Below, piece after piece: positions 49,982 through 63,493 of a stretch of DNA of 64,000 nt. The position numbers and the translations under genes were made by a program. Position 1 is the stretch's first letter. The number at the start of each line of letters is the position of its first letter. This DNA is from Convolutriloba macropyga (Eukaryota): assembly GCF_964194025.1 (NCBI RefSeq), contig NC_134479.1, positions 15,624,001 through 15,688,000 of the forward strand, written 5' to 3'. Below the pieces are notes generated by a model. The model was not told where the DNA came from, ran no database searches, and saw only the letters and a program-made list of their open reading frames with translations.

Positions 49982-52900
49982 CTTTTGTCTAAGCATTTCT
50001 CGTAAAATTCTTTGCACCGTTTTGTAGTACTCTCAAACCTCTCCTGACAAACTGTGAACGCGTGAACAAGTAAGAACTTGAAATCCACAAAATTGAATAT
50101 ATTGTTGTTCATAACACTGAACATCGAGTTCAGAGCTTGAAGTGAAAATAGGCAAATTCCTAATTCAAAGAATTCGTGGATTTTGTGGTTTGTTGATAGC
50201 GTCACGTGATCAAGATGTGAGCTCAGATCTGATTGGATGAAAGTGACGGGGTACTCGAGATATCGGTTCCGACAGTAGTCAAGCCAGAGTTTGTCCTGAT
50301 CTGAAACAAAGTGTTATAGTATTCACGTTATTTACTCTAAAAAAGTCGGTTCCCTTAAGTGGGAAAACGCCAGAACGTGCAGTCCCTTTTCCTTTAGCTC
50401 CAATTGAAACTTCATTTTTGTTCCGACCCCTCTTGAGGGGGAGGGGGAACTATTTACTCAAATGGGTTTTTTTGTTTAGACAATTTTGGCCAATCGATGT
50501 ATTCATTGTGGAGAGTTGAGACTGGTATCATTAGAAAGCTTGTCCAACGTAGAATATGCAAATAAAAAGAGTTTCCTGACTTTCTTTTTTAAAAGGGAAT
50601 TGTCGAGGTTTAAACTTTTGGGAGAATAGAGTGAATTCCGTTGGTTTTATTCACATTTTCCGGAAATTTTGACAAGAATTTTGTCAATTTTGCTGAAATT
50701 TGTTAAAATTTTATCAGAAAGTGGCGTTGATTGTATTTTTTAAGACAAAAAAATATTGTCGGCATGTTTATTTAATTTTTATTCTGGCTAAACAATTCAA
50801 AATTCAGGCTTTTTCATCAAAGACAGCACGAAATGAGTTTCTGTAGTCCACTTTGATTAAATTTGCAGGAAGTACACTCCCAAACATCACTAACAAAATA
50901 TTTGTAGTATCAGTCGGTCTTTTTTATTAAAAAAACTCGATATTTTTTTTATTAATTAGATAACAGAACATTTCAAATCGAAGCTAATAAGTAATAGGTC
51001 CAATTGGCTCCTTAATTAGCCGCAAATTACTGTATCTGGTTTATTATTTGAGGGCTTATGGTCGTTTGGGATTTTAAAAATGTTGATTTTTAAGTGAATA
51101 ATGGCTTGTTGATCTTTACCTCCATTTTTCTCTTAATTTGGTCAACTTGTAGCTTAGTGCCAGCAATAAAAAAATGGTTCTTCTTTCTACTGAATTCAAA
51201 TTTAATCTTTATTGCGGTTTTACGCCTTAAGTTATGGTTTTCTGGCTTTGATACTAATAGATTTCACATTTTTTAAGATATTTGCCTATTTTTCACGTTT
51301 TCTAGTTTTTTCAGATTATCACGTTATTGACAGTTCATATATCACATTTTTGACGTTCAAAATAAAGCAAAATTGATATTACTAAAATCTTTAAAGATAT
51401 AGATTATGGTTTTAACGGCTTCGACACTACTTTCTCGAATCATTTATTCGAACTTTTTAATTTTGTCTTTTACTGGTGTTTTTACTTTGTCTTCTCAGTC
51501 GTATGAAATTTCCTGTTCAAGGACCCCGTTTCATTGTTTTTTCATGGACGAATAGATGAGCCGATATTCTGATATTAGTAGATAGCTAATGGCTTTCATG
51601 AAATTGAAAACAATTTTTTTCCAAAATCAAAAAAACATACGTTTAAACTTCGCAATTTTGTTCCTTTTTACCTAGTCTCGTTAACTACAGGCCAAATATG
51701 ACAGTAGTGTTGTAAAGAAAAGGTGTGAAAAGTGATTGGTGTCATAATATCTGTTGTTTTTAAAGAACTTGCTGTTACTTTTTTGGCTTCGACACGGTTT
51801 CTTCACAAAAAAAGTAAAAATTTTTGATTTTTATCATACTTCACGTTCTTTTTTGCAGACTTAAGATATATTCTGGTTAATTGCAGATCTCATGGGCTTC
51901 CTTTGGAAGAATAAACAAACCTATTTAAATATTTCATTTTGTAATTAATGGCTTTCATGTCTTTGGAAACATTTTTTTTTCGAAAAAAAGGTGTTCTTTA
52001 ATATTGCATTTTCTTTTTCGTCTACTGTTTACCTAGTTTCATGAATGAGAGGTCGCAATATAAATTAGTGCTGTGCAATAAAGATCCAACCAAACATATT
52101 TTCAGGGCCAAAGTATGGCTTCACGGGTTCGAAAGAGTTTTCTGGAAAGTTTTAACTGATTGTTTGTTTGTTGTCTACTTGTTTTTTGTAACTGCATAAA
52201 AAATTGAATACCAACAGTTCTTTATTTCCTTTTATTGAAGCTTTGGAAATCGTGAATTTATGGGATATTTTTTTTGATTTCTAATGGTTTTCATTACTTT
52301 GAAATTAATTGTTTTGAAAAAAATGAGCGATTTTTTCAACTTTTTCTCTTTTTGTTCTTTATTGTCTAATTGTTACCTAGCCTTATTATGGGCTAGTGCC
52401 ATATGTTTTCTGGTGAACTACAAGTTATTTTGTTTAATTTCAACTTTATCTCACGGTATTTTGACTTTGTTAATAAGTTTTTTTCTTATAACGGAAATAA
52501 AGTTTTTAATGTAATTAATGTTGTTTTTTGATTTTGCTTTTCGTCTTGACTCTGTTTCTTAACATTGGCATATCTCATCAATCTAATGCGTCCTTTTTTA
52601 CTCCACTGAGTTTTTTGCTTTGGAGGCTATCTTTCCGTTCCAACCATTTTTTCAGTTAGTTGAATTTTTGAGTTTTTCTATCTGTTCCTCATTTGGTAGA
52701 CAATTATGCCAAAATTTTGGATGAACGGGGTCGGAACCTTATGTGCAATCGCACATTGCCCTTTTCTACATATGTTCAAATTTGAAATTTGCCTTGTTAA
52801 CTCTGTTCAGTGGTTTTTGAACTTTCGACAATTTCAACTTCATGAAAAATCACGCTAGTTAGCATGCGTTTGACCCTGAGTTGCCAAATATTTCTGAGCA

Positions 52901-54191
52901 AAGAGCAAAAATATCATGACCTTGAAAATACAAAAAAATAATATAATTCAAATTTGATCGTCAGCCGGACACGGAGAGGTCATTGTCTGAGATGCTCATA
53001 TTGCGCTTTCGTTCATCGCGCATGTGCACGTAAATTACACGGATGATATAGTAAGTCCCATAAAGTTGCAACGCAAGCGAACGTTCGAAAATCTCGGGGC
53101 ATGCAAATGGGCAGTGTTTTGCTAGATATCTGCATGTTTTAAATTTGAACTTTGACCTTTGAAACGTTCGATAGCGTTGCAACTTTATGGGACTGACTAT
53201 ATAGTCTGTCCCATAAAGTTGAAATAAGCGAACGTTCGGACAACGCCAAAAACGTGCATTTGAGCATCAATGTGGTCATTTGAATGTCAACGTTTTTTAC
53301 ATTAAGCTCTCATTCATCAATTTTTTCTACATGCTTTAAAATTGAACTTTGAACTATAGTCTGTCCCATAAAGTTGAAATAAGCGAACGTTCGAAAACGC
53401 CAAAAACATGAAAGTGAGCATCAAATTGGTCATTTGAATGGCAACGTTTTTTCCATTAAGCTTCTATTCTTTAATTTTTTCTACATGTTTTAAATTTGAA
53501 CTTTGACCTTTGAACTCCAACCTGTGGCTTTTGAAACGTTCGCTTATTTCAACTTTATGGGACACGCTATATAACCAGTGGCTTTTGAAACGTTCGCTTA
53601 TTTCAACTTTGTGGGACACTTATTCCTTAAAAAAGCGTTGGTGCCCACGTGGTTGCTCAAATCCATCTTTCAAACTTTGTTATTTCATCGTTATGTCAGA
53701 GCCCATGTGTTGTTCGTCCCCGCCAGTTTATTGGAAAAAGCATCTTTACGCGCTTAGAAAATTATGGGCAAGTGAGTTATATCATGTTTCAAATTGTGAT
53801 TAATTTGACTGGTTATGGTCACCCAAACCTTAGAAAAACTATTATATTATAAGATCTGTGAGACAAAAATCTATCAAGAAAGAATCCTAGTTGTTATCGT
53901 GCCAGAAGATTGTCAGATATCCTCTTGTCAAGAAGTCAGATAGTTTTACTAACCTACAGCGACAACTTCCACCCTTTTATTTTCCTTTTCCAGCAGTTCG
54001 TCCATTATAACATGCATAGAAGGACTGGGACCACAGCCGACGTCCATAACTCTAATCATAGAACAGTCACGATTGCATTCGGCGTCTGTGAAGTTACGTA
54101 ATTGTTTCAGAAGGTGAGGAGCAAACATCTCTGATTGGTGGAGGAGAGCTCCGAGTTCCTTGTAGTCTATTGATTCGGGAATTAATTCCAT
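49982..54191 (-). CDS. Class I SAM-dependent methyltransferase gene, first two coding exons (3' end unresolved)
   Basis: Exon 54191-53954 (..RVMDVGCGP..VEVVAV) splices in phase 1 (GTTAGT..TTTCAG) to exon 50300-49982 (DQDKLWLDYCRNRY..VTFIQSDL..FELGICLFSLQ), giving motif I, the acidic residue after beta-2 and later strands. The downstream exon is unclear and may contain stops. Confidence 0.75.
50418..52761 (+). mobile_element. HINE/DINE-1-like non-autonomous Helentron, copy 1 (inside the methyltransferase intron)
   Basis: 5' subTIR GTTCCGACCCC with adjacent CCCCTC-TT-GAGGGG hairpin; 3' subTIR GGGGTCGGAAC (52727-52737) followed by stem-loop ATGTGCAATCGCACAT; T-rich ends; colinear with 60889-63493. 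Confidence 0.75.
53047..53622. mobile_element. Cluster of three related MITEs with TA target sites, one nested
   Basis: TIR TAGT..GTCCCATAAAGTTG..AAGCGAACGTTC starts at 53049, 53202 and 53357; inverted copies end at 53199, 53569 and ~53622. Confidence 0.75.
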
Positions 54192-56081
54192 AGCTATACG
54201 AACGGGGAATAACTTCGTCACCAAAAACTTCTCAAATCACCCGGTAAGCCATAAGTCAGACCGTACCAATCTATAATATTTTTTACTAAGGTTGAGGCGT
54301 TATTCGCGCAATGATGGTGTTCTGTTTAAGTTGAGCTGTGTGAGCTGAGATTTTATTGAAAAAGGAGCAGAATAAAACTGACTAAGTCGAATTTTAAATT
54401 GTGGCTATAATTCTGCTCATTCCAAGAATTAGCTACAACAAGGCAAGAATTGCTCAAGTTTCAAAATTCTAGCATATATAGTTCATTTCAATCAACCTAT
54501 TATCGATTTTGTGGAAATGGGAAGGGGGGGGGGGTAAAAAAAGCACCAGGGCTGAAAACTTAGCTGGAAACCTAGGCCAAATACTTTTCAGCTCATAAGT
54601 GAAAATAGAGCAAAAAAGCTCTTCGAACTTTTCGGTGTATTTCTACAACAGTTTTTCCTTCTTTCCCTTGCCTTGTGGTAGTAGATTGGAATTTTTTTAT
54701 AGTGCCGGCAATTAGTGCGTTGATGACGATTAATTAATCTTTTACAAAGCTTTGATCGCTTGTTCAAATTATTACTTTTTATAAACTTAGTCAATTATAA
54801 CCGCGCTTTCTGTGCTGCAAATTGAACTGTTTATTCAAAATACGCTCTTAATCAGTTCAGTTTGTTTTCATTACCTGAACTACTATAAGTTTAAACAAAA
54901 TTCGAAGCTTTGAAAAATCTACGAACTATCGTGCTTGAGTCATAATAAGAGTATATTATAAAAACCATTCATTAAACATGAATACCTTTTATAGCCTGCG
55001 TGATAAAACTCAACTGCGATAATGAAACGACGCTAGATTATAAAAGTTTACAAGAACAACGCAAAACCATTTTTTATATGTAATATGCTAAAGATAATAT
55101 TACAAAACGTATGTGGTCATTTTTCCATCTAGCAGGAAATGAACGCTTTAAATCATGAATTATTAATGACGTGAGGCGTAAATTTCCAACGATCAATATT
55201 GCGGTTCAAAATGAAAATTGCAGTTCAAATCTTTGAAAGGTTGTGTTGGTTATTACAACAGCCCAACCTGGTCCTGTTTTAGAAAAACGATTAAATAAAG
55301 TATTCTAAAATATTCAAATTATTAAAATTATTAAAATATTAAAAACAAAGCGTGAGTAGGAATGCGACAGCCATTTAAAATACGCGTAATAACCAGCGTA
55401 GAGTAACTGGCTGTAATAATAAGAATAGGGAAAGAAACAAGGAAAAAAGAGGGATGAAAAATTACGCTTCAAATTTATTGTAACGGAATGCAGTTATTTT
55501 CAATGTGTAGCTATTTCTGCTTTACCTATCTATCTATTATATGCAAGTGTGTATGTATGTATGTGCGTGTGGTTTACGTGTATACAAATGGTAAAAAGCA
55601 CAGGCAAATTTTGGTGCGATGAATAAAAAAGACAAGGACGAGTTACTTCTTTTTCCAACACTAAGGCTTCCGTTATTCAATTTAAGTAATGCGAAAAGAG
55701 TAGAGGGGGGGGGGGGTTCAATTTTTTTTTGATATGGTACAAAAGTGAGCTGAAGAGGTGGATCGTGTTTATGGAAAGTTTTCTTCTCATAGGGAGAGAA
55801 TCACAGGCGGTAATAAATGAGTGACTATTTTCTTCATAATTATCGGAAAAAATTGGCACAAAATGATTGCACTCTTTGAATAAGGGCTTAGATACGAACC
55901 AGACCGGTCTAACCGGCGATGGTGTCGAATTTGGTAATTTTCTGAAAAAAATCCGGTTCTTATTGTTACTCAAGCCTACGAAGAATTAGGCGACAAATCT
56001 CTGTTTCTTTTACGTACAGTCAGAGGATTGCGCAAAACTTATCAAGACTCTCCAGTTTTCAGCAGTGACTCAACTGTTAAA

Positions 56082-59000
56082 ATGTTAAGGTGTGGGTTCC
56101 GAGCAACAAGACAGGTGAGGAAGAATTTGGCGGGTGGAGTGGGGTGGAATTGAAGTGCAAAGTGGACTCGGATACTGAGATGGAATGTGGAATCTGAAGA
56201 CATTGCTATGTGAGTTGCGGAGGTGCAGACAGGTAGAGTGAGAGAGGTCTGATGGAAAATTTGTTCATGGTCGACTCCTCAGGTTAGTTTCAACACCCCT
56301 CCCCCACTGCCCTTAGCCAATTCGGACTGATGTCTGCGTCTACCAGAACAACAACGCAAAGGTAAGCGTACTACCCCCCCCCCCCCCCCCTAACTGTTGA
56401 CTGTTTGTTTTGAGTCACGCGGCTGAGGGCGGTGTTTCGTCAACTACAAAAGGTAACTTATATGTGCATGAAATTATATCATACTATGATCAGACACTCG
56501 ACCTTAAATACATGCAAATACATTACAAATTAAATCGCTATACTGGTGCTGTATTTTATATCGTTCTACTCATTTTCCTTGTGCTGTAATTGGTTATACT
56601 AATGTGCTATTATGACCGTGAAAAGGGGATACACGTGAAGTCTGTTCATGGCTTCGCAAATGCTATTATTTTCGCGCTAATTTTCAAGAAGGAAACTCGA
56701 ATGCCTTCCAAAAGGGTTATAGTCTTCTCAGAGCTAGTTCCGGATCCCGGAACATAATCCCCAGCCGGTCAGCTGTTCACGCCGTGAACTTATAGCTATT
56801 CAATTAGATTTGATGCTCTATTGATTTCATTTCGTTGTACTATTTAAAGGCCGCGAAACGGGAAAGAGTAAAACGGTTTTCTATTGCCGACATGAAGGCT
56901 GTAATTGGTAACAAAATGCCTTCACCTTGAGATTATAGGCAATCAAATACCCGTTTCGGCCACTTGTTCATACCGTGAACATACTAGTGTGTTTAATTTA
57001 TCATATATGTTGTTATGTGTTTACATATTCCCACCAAATTTATAATAATCATAGAATTTTAAAACAAACCACAACCATCCGCCATCACGCAAGGAAAACT
57101 ATGGTCGAGTTGCCAGCTCCCATACGACAAAGGTAAGGACCCCCCCCCCCCCCCCTCACTTGACCCCAGGTCTAAACAAATTCCTGGAGTCTCAAAATGA
57201 CCGGACCGTGCTCGGCCATGAGTTTTTTAAAGTGTGATTGTACTGTACGTCAAAACACAAAATCTACCATGACAGTTTCATTGATCCAGTCAAGCTATAT
57301 TCAATACTATAGCCGAATTGATTCTTTTTCTTCTTTGTATGATAATCGCGATATTTAAACAAACATAAATTGCAATGGCTAGTTTTAGAAATTTTGTTTA
57401 GATTTCTACCCTTCAGCATCGACCATTATCAAATGTAAAAGTAAAGCAGTAGTTCGTGTCAAAATGATTCCGAAATTAAATCGTTTGTTCACTGGTTGGG
57501 GGAAGGGGTATTTGGATTCTGTGCTGGGTGGGTTGTTGGGTTATATAATGTTTATGGCTCTCACCAGTTTGTGAACTTAACCCACATAGCTGGTGAGGGC
57601 GTTTTCTTTTAACTGACCAACTGGTTTTTACTGTACATCGCCTACGCCCTCAATTTGCAGATGTTTGACAGAGCATTTCACCAAAACAGGTTAGTTTCTG
57701 CCCCCCCCCCCCTCCGTCTCCTAACCCACTAACTTTGGGATTGGTTCTGGTAATGATACCAGATTGTCTACACAACGGTAAGTTCAATAATCGCCCACAA
57801 TTTTAAAATATTGAGGTGATGGTACAGTTGTACATTTTGAGACAGTTTTGGGTGGAGTGAAGTCCAGCACCCAGTTTTGGGTGGAGTTGAGTGAAGTCTC
57901 CAGCAACCTTGGCACCCCTCTCCAGCACCCGAAACCCGAAAAAAAAATAAGTTGGCGCTGAAGTACATACACCGGCCACCAAGGTAAAGTCTTTACCCCC
58001 CCCCCCCCCGGAATTGTTTGCAGATGTTAACTCACAGTGAATGGCGGTGTTTCCCAACAAAAAAGGTAAGAATGTGACCAAAACAAACTGGTCAGGTGCT
58101 CGACCGAGAAACCCAAGGTACGTGAACCCATGTGAGGTGAGTGCAATATACATTTAGACATTAGAAAGCCTTTTGGGGGATACACGTGACTTCATTGAGG
58201 ATATAAGCTATGACTTGTCTGGTTCAGGTACGATCCGAAACCCCTCTCCTCAGTTGTTAAACCGTAAAAATAAACCCATTTGCGTAGATTAAAAAATTGC
58301 AGAATTCTGCTTTTGTTTCTTGTTTTCCCAGATATGCAGCTGGCGTGACCAATCAAAGCCACCTTTGCTCGAAATTGACGAGCAGAACTCTGGTTGAGCT
58401 TGCAACCCCCTGACGGACACAAGGTAAGACCCTCCTCCCCCCCCCCCCCCCCTCCATAACTCAACTTCAACTGAAGTGCTATACCTCGAAATAATTGACT
58501 CCTCGCGACCATGAATTTCATAAGTGTCTGGTAATATGCAACAACCTAGTTAGTGTGTTATCCGCGATTTCAAATTTACTTGGACATTACTAGTTATAGT
58601 TCTTGATTACCACAATATGAAAATGTGAGCCCGATTCATTTCAGTAACCGAAATTGAAATCCATCGAAAAATCAGTTTTGATAGTTATGGATACTGGAAG
58701 CTGTGATAAACATTGTTTAGATCATATTAGTGTATACACATTGTATTAGCCAGTCGAACATATTATAATAAACAGAGACAATTATTAATTTAGTCGATCT
58801 AAGAAATCTCCATAGACTTTTGAGAACGAAAATATTTAGGGTGGAAAAGTAGTTGCCATCGAGTACGAGGTTTTGAAATAAAGCGACTCGACTTTTGTCA
58901 ACTTTTGATGACATAAGAAGGGTTGCTGCACACAGAATTGCTGGATATGGCTCTAACTAGCTTGCGTACTTACCCATATAACCGAGTAGGGCCTTCTTTA

Positions 59001-59535
59001 ACCAACTCTTTATTTCTCCACCCCATTATTAACATATGCCTTGCAGTGTGATACTAACAGCAAAAGGTGAGAATTCTTGAACGTGTATAAAAGTATATAT
59101 AATATTGTATAGACTATTGAAAATATATTTTGCACGTCGTATAATTTTTTCCAAGCATGTCGAGTTTAGCATGTCTTTGTCCAGTTTAGCCTAATTGAAC
59201 GCATAAAAGTAAAGTGTTTCAAATTTCTCAACCAATCACATTCGTTGAAATTTCTACATTTTGGTACGTCTATTTGTTAAGACGTCACCCATGTCGAGAT
59301 CAAAAGAGTAGTAGACAATAGCCATGCAGATTTTTCGCAAGCAGTGTCATCATCATCATTGGAAGCCATGAGGTTCCGGAGCAACCCGACACAAAAAGGC
59401 AAAGGAGACCCCCCTGAGACCCGGGATAGAGGAAGAACAAAACTGACTTCAGCACCTATTGACTGAAATGGCTTCGGCAACACGTGACTTCAGTAAATGA
59501 AATAACTTTAGGCAAAGGTAAAAAGGTAAGATCAG
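56082..59535 (+). other. Cluster of ~14 short (A)TG-start units, 28-33 nt, each ending at a 5' splice-site motif, several followed by poly-C
   Basis: Donor GT at 56115, 56283, 56362, 56453, 57133, 57690, 57778, 57984, 58066, 58118, 58228, 58424, 59067 and 59526, plus GC at 59399. Function unknown. Confidence 0.55.
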
Positions 59536-60888
59536 ACTTTCGCACAGTGGGGGGGGGGGGGGTCTCTATAAGTATTTCGAGTTCAGATGGTATGAAATTG
59601 AAAATTGATATTGAATGAAAGTTCCCCTAGTTCTACGACCAGACTTTCGCGCTTATAATTTTGATCATAGACAAATGCAATCCCCCATTCTGCGAAAACG
59701 AGACCATATTTCACTATTTGATTAACTGAGCAGCTTAGATTGGCACGATTATCAGCCGCATTAAGAATTATTTGAAATATGGCTCAAGGCCAGCTCATTA
59801 ATTTGTAAAGGACCAAAAATTCGAAGTACAAATCATGACATCTGATATGAAAAATGAGACGTGAGGTATAAATATATGCAAAATATTTCGGAAACGACAA
59901 TTTCTCAGAAAACAGGTAGAATAATTTCTTGGTTGAAAGTTTTCAAAAAAACTTTCTCTCAAAAAGAAAACTTTGAGCATGCATGGTAAACAAAAACTAA
60001 GAAATTCATGAACGATTCTTGATTGTCATTTTTCGAAAGTTCTGTGTACAGTCAAGTGAGAAAGGACTGCACTATGGCTAATACGATCAATGGAAACACA
60101 CCAAAACGTTGTTTTTATTGTTCCAACCCTTCATGTAGAGCGTTTCAAGAACTTATTCGAGCCTCGATTTTGAGTCTTTCGTCCATTAACAGGATGGGCG
60201 GAAAAAAACTTGGTGACATCATTTACAAGATTCAGATTGTTAAAACATCAAAATTAACATTGTTGATATACTACACGAGTTTTTTTGTTGAAGCACGAGC
60301 TCGTCAAATTAGCTTAGCTTTTGTTGAACAGCAGTATCTATATAGAACAGCCAAAAGTTAAACATGAAACAAAATGCTCCACCAAAGTAAACCAGATATA
60401 AAAATTCGTATTCATCTGTAAGATTAAAAAGATTAAAACTTTTGTGCAAAACTCTTTAATTAACGCGAAATCGTGTTCGTTCAAAGGTGGTAATATTTAC
60501 AGAAAAAGTACTTTGTTTGTGAAAATTTCTGCCTGCGGAAAAATAGATCGATGAAAAAAAACTAAGCATATATTTCTGATTTAACTCGGTTGAGATTTGT
60601 TTTAGAAAGAAACATCGAGTAAATTAATCAGGTTAGTATTTTATTCTCATGCAAAAATTCCTTCATTGAAGTGCCTTTCTCAGTTCATTTTCAGAGATGT
60701 TAAAGAATATCCAAAAATTTACAAATTTTCGGTAAAAATTAACAGGGAAATTTTAGATCAGCAAAAATGTAGCCAAGCAATATGTTAAGCACCTCAAAAG
60801 TTGGCAACGCTCACATAAACACTGCAACCCTAATTTTTTGGAACTACTATTTTGCTGACGGCTTCGGGTGCTATGTAATAGTCCTTCA

Positions 60889-63493
60889 TTGTTCCGACCC
60901 CTCTTGAGGGGGGGGGGGGACTATATACTCAAATGGTTTTTTTGTTCAGATAATTTCGGGCGAACGATATATTCATCGTAGAGAGTTGAGACTAGTATCA
61001 TTAGAAAGCTTGTCCAGCGCAGAAAATGGAATTCAATTTTTTTATTTTCGTTTTTAACAGGGAGTTATCGAGGTTTAAACTTTTGAGAAAATAGAGTGAG
61101 TTCCGTTGATTTTACTCACATTTTTCGGAATTTTCGACTAAAATTTTGCCAATTTTGCTAAAGTTTGTCAATAACGTTAATAAATTTTTTCAAGAATGTA
61201 TTGTTGATTTTCTTTTTAAAGACAAAAAATAATGTATACTTTTTTAATTTAAATTTACTGTCAAAAATTCTGGCTAATTATTTCAAATTCAGAATTTTTC
61301 ATCAAAAACAGCACCAAATAAGTTTCTTTAGTTTACTTTGAGTACATTTGCAGGAAGTGCACACCCAAACACCAGTAGCCCAATCTTTGTAGGGTCAAAA
61401 AGGAGCTATTTGTACTTCAACTTCCGTTGCGTGTACTCTGTAATTAAAGCTTTGCCGTTTTTGACGACTTTAATCGTTGAATAACAAAAACGCAGCATTT
61501 AATTTTGATTTTTTTTACTAACAAAATATCTACATCTATGACATTCGAAGAATTAAGTGTTCTCAATGGACAAAAAGCATTAGCAGGAATAGTTTTGGAC
61601 CAACCTTGGACTGTCACAATCCAAAAACAATTCAGATTGTAATCAGTCGGTCTTTTAAAAAATTTGATCGTCTTATGTTAAACAAGAGAACATTTCAACT
61701 CAAAGCTGAATAGTGACAAGTCCAAATGGCTTCATAATTAGCTCCCAAATAAATTATCTAGTTTATTACTTGAAAGCTTACGGTCGTTTTGACTTTTAAA
61801 AATATTTGATTTTTAAATAAAAAATGGATTATAGAAATTTGCCTCCATTTCTCTTTTATTTTGGTCAACTTGTAGCTTAGTGTAAGCACTTAAAAAAATG
61901 TTTCTTCAACTGAATTCAAAATAGCTAATTTTTTCGGTTTCACGCATTAAGTTATTGTTTTTTGGCTTTGATAGTACTATATTTCACATTTTTTTAAAAA
62001 AATTTTACTTATTTTCCCATTTTTCATGTTTTCTAGATTTGTCACATTATCACGTAATTGACAGTTCGTAAATCACATTATTGGCGTTCACAATAAGACA
62101 AAACTGATTATATGTAAACCCGTGAAGAAAGAGATTATGGTTCTATACGGCTTCGACACTACTTTCTCGAAGAATTTAATTGAAATTTTCAATTTTGTCT
62201 CTAGCTGTCGTTTTTACTTTTTCTTTTCAGTTCTATGAAATTTCGCGACCAATGACCCGTTTTCATTGGTTTTTCATGGAAGAAAAGATGAGCCAATTTT
62301 CTGATATTAGAAGATAGCTGATAGCCTTCATGACTTTGAAAACAATTGTTTTCCAGAATAAAAAACACTAACTTCACATCTTTGTTTTTTTTTTGCTTTC
62401 TAGTCTTATTTTTTACAGGCCGAAAATGACAATATTTTTGCCACGGGAAGTTGTTAAAATGGAGTGATGTTTCAAAATCTAATGTTTTGAAAGAGTTCGT
62501 TTTTAATTAACTTGCTTCGACTCGGGTTTTTCACAAAAAAAGTACATAAATTTTTAATTATTGTCATATTTGACGTTTTTCTGAAGACGCAAGACATTCT
62601 GGACTGGATAATTCAGTTCTAAAAGGCCTCCTCTAGAAAAAATAGCGAACCTTTTCTTTTCTAATTATTTCACTTTGTAATTAATGGCTTTCATGTCTTT
62701 GGAAATGATTTTTTTTTTTGAAAAAAAACACGTATTACTTAACTTTGCCTTTTTATTTTTTGTCTACTTGTTAGCCAGTTTCAATAATGAGAGATTGCAA
62801 AATATTTTTTTGGTGTTCGAAGAAGGTGCAATAGAACATATTTTGACGGCCAAAGTATGGCTGTAAGGCTTCGAATATGTTTTCTGTCAAGTTTTAATTG
62901 ATTTTTTGTTTGTTTTCTATTTGTTTTGCTTTCTCTTATTTCTTATTCCTCTTTTATAGAAGCATTGGTAACTGTATACCAAAGAATTTTATAGTTTAAT
63001 TCTAATGGTTTTCCTTACTTTGAAATTAGTTGTTCTTTTTTAAAAAATAAGCGAAATTTTCAAATTTTCTGTTTTTGTTTTACTTTGTCTAATTGTTACC
63101 AAGCCTTATAATGGAAGCGTCCCAAATCTTTTTTTGGTGAATTACCAGTTGTTTTGTTTAATTTCAGTTTTATCTGACGCTATTTTGACTTTGTTATTAA
63201 ATTTGTTTTTAAAACTTCGTTTTTTAAACCGGACAAAGGGTCTGTTGAACTTAAAGTTTGTTGTTGTTGTTTGATATTGCTGATCGTCTTGACTTGTTTT
63301 CTTAATTTTTTCAAATCTCATCAATCTAATGCATCATTTTTTACACCACTAAGTTATTTGCCTTGGAGGTTATCTTTTCGTTCGCACAACAATTTTTAAA
63401 GTTCTTGAATTTTCTACCTGTTCATTTGATAGACGATTATGCCAAAAATGTAGATTAGAGTTGGAACCTTATGTGCGATCGCACATTACCTAG
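60889..63493 (+). mobile_element. HINE/DINE-1-like non-autonomous Helentron, copy 2
   Basis: Same 5' GTTCCGACCCCTCTTGAGGGG start; 3' GAGTTGGAAC plus perfect palindrome ATGTGCGATCGCACAT (63471-63486). Diverged but colinear with copy 1, with an extra ~230 bp near 61390-61630. Confidence 0.75.

Noticed and set aside
57110-57135. Kunitz-domain exon (CQLPYDKG)
   Set aside because: Only eight residues and no continuing exon found; fits the ~30-nt unit cluster equally well.
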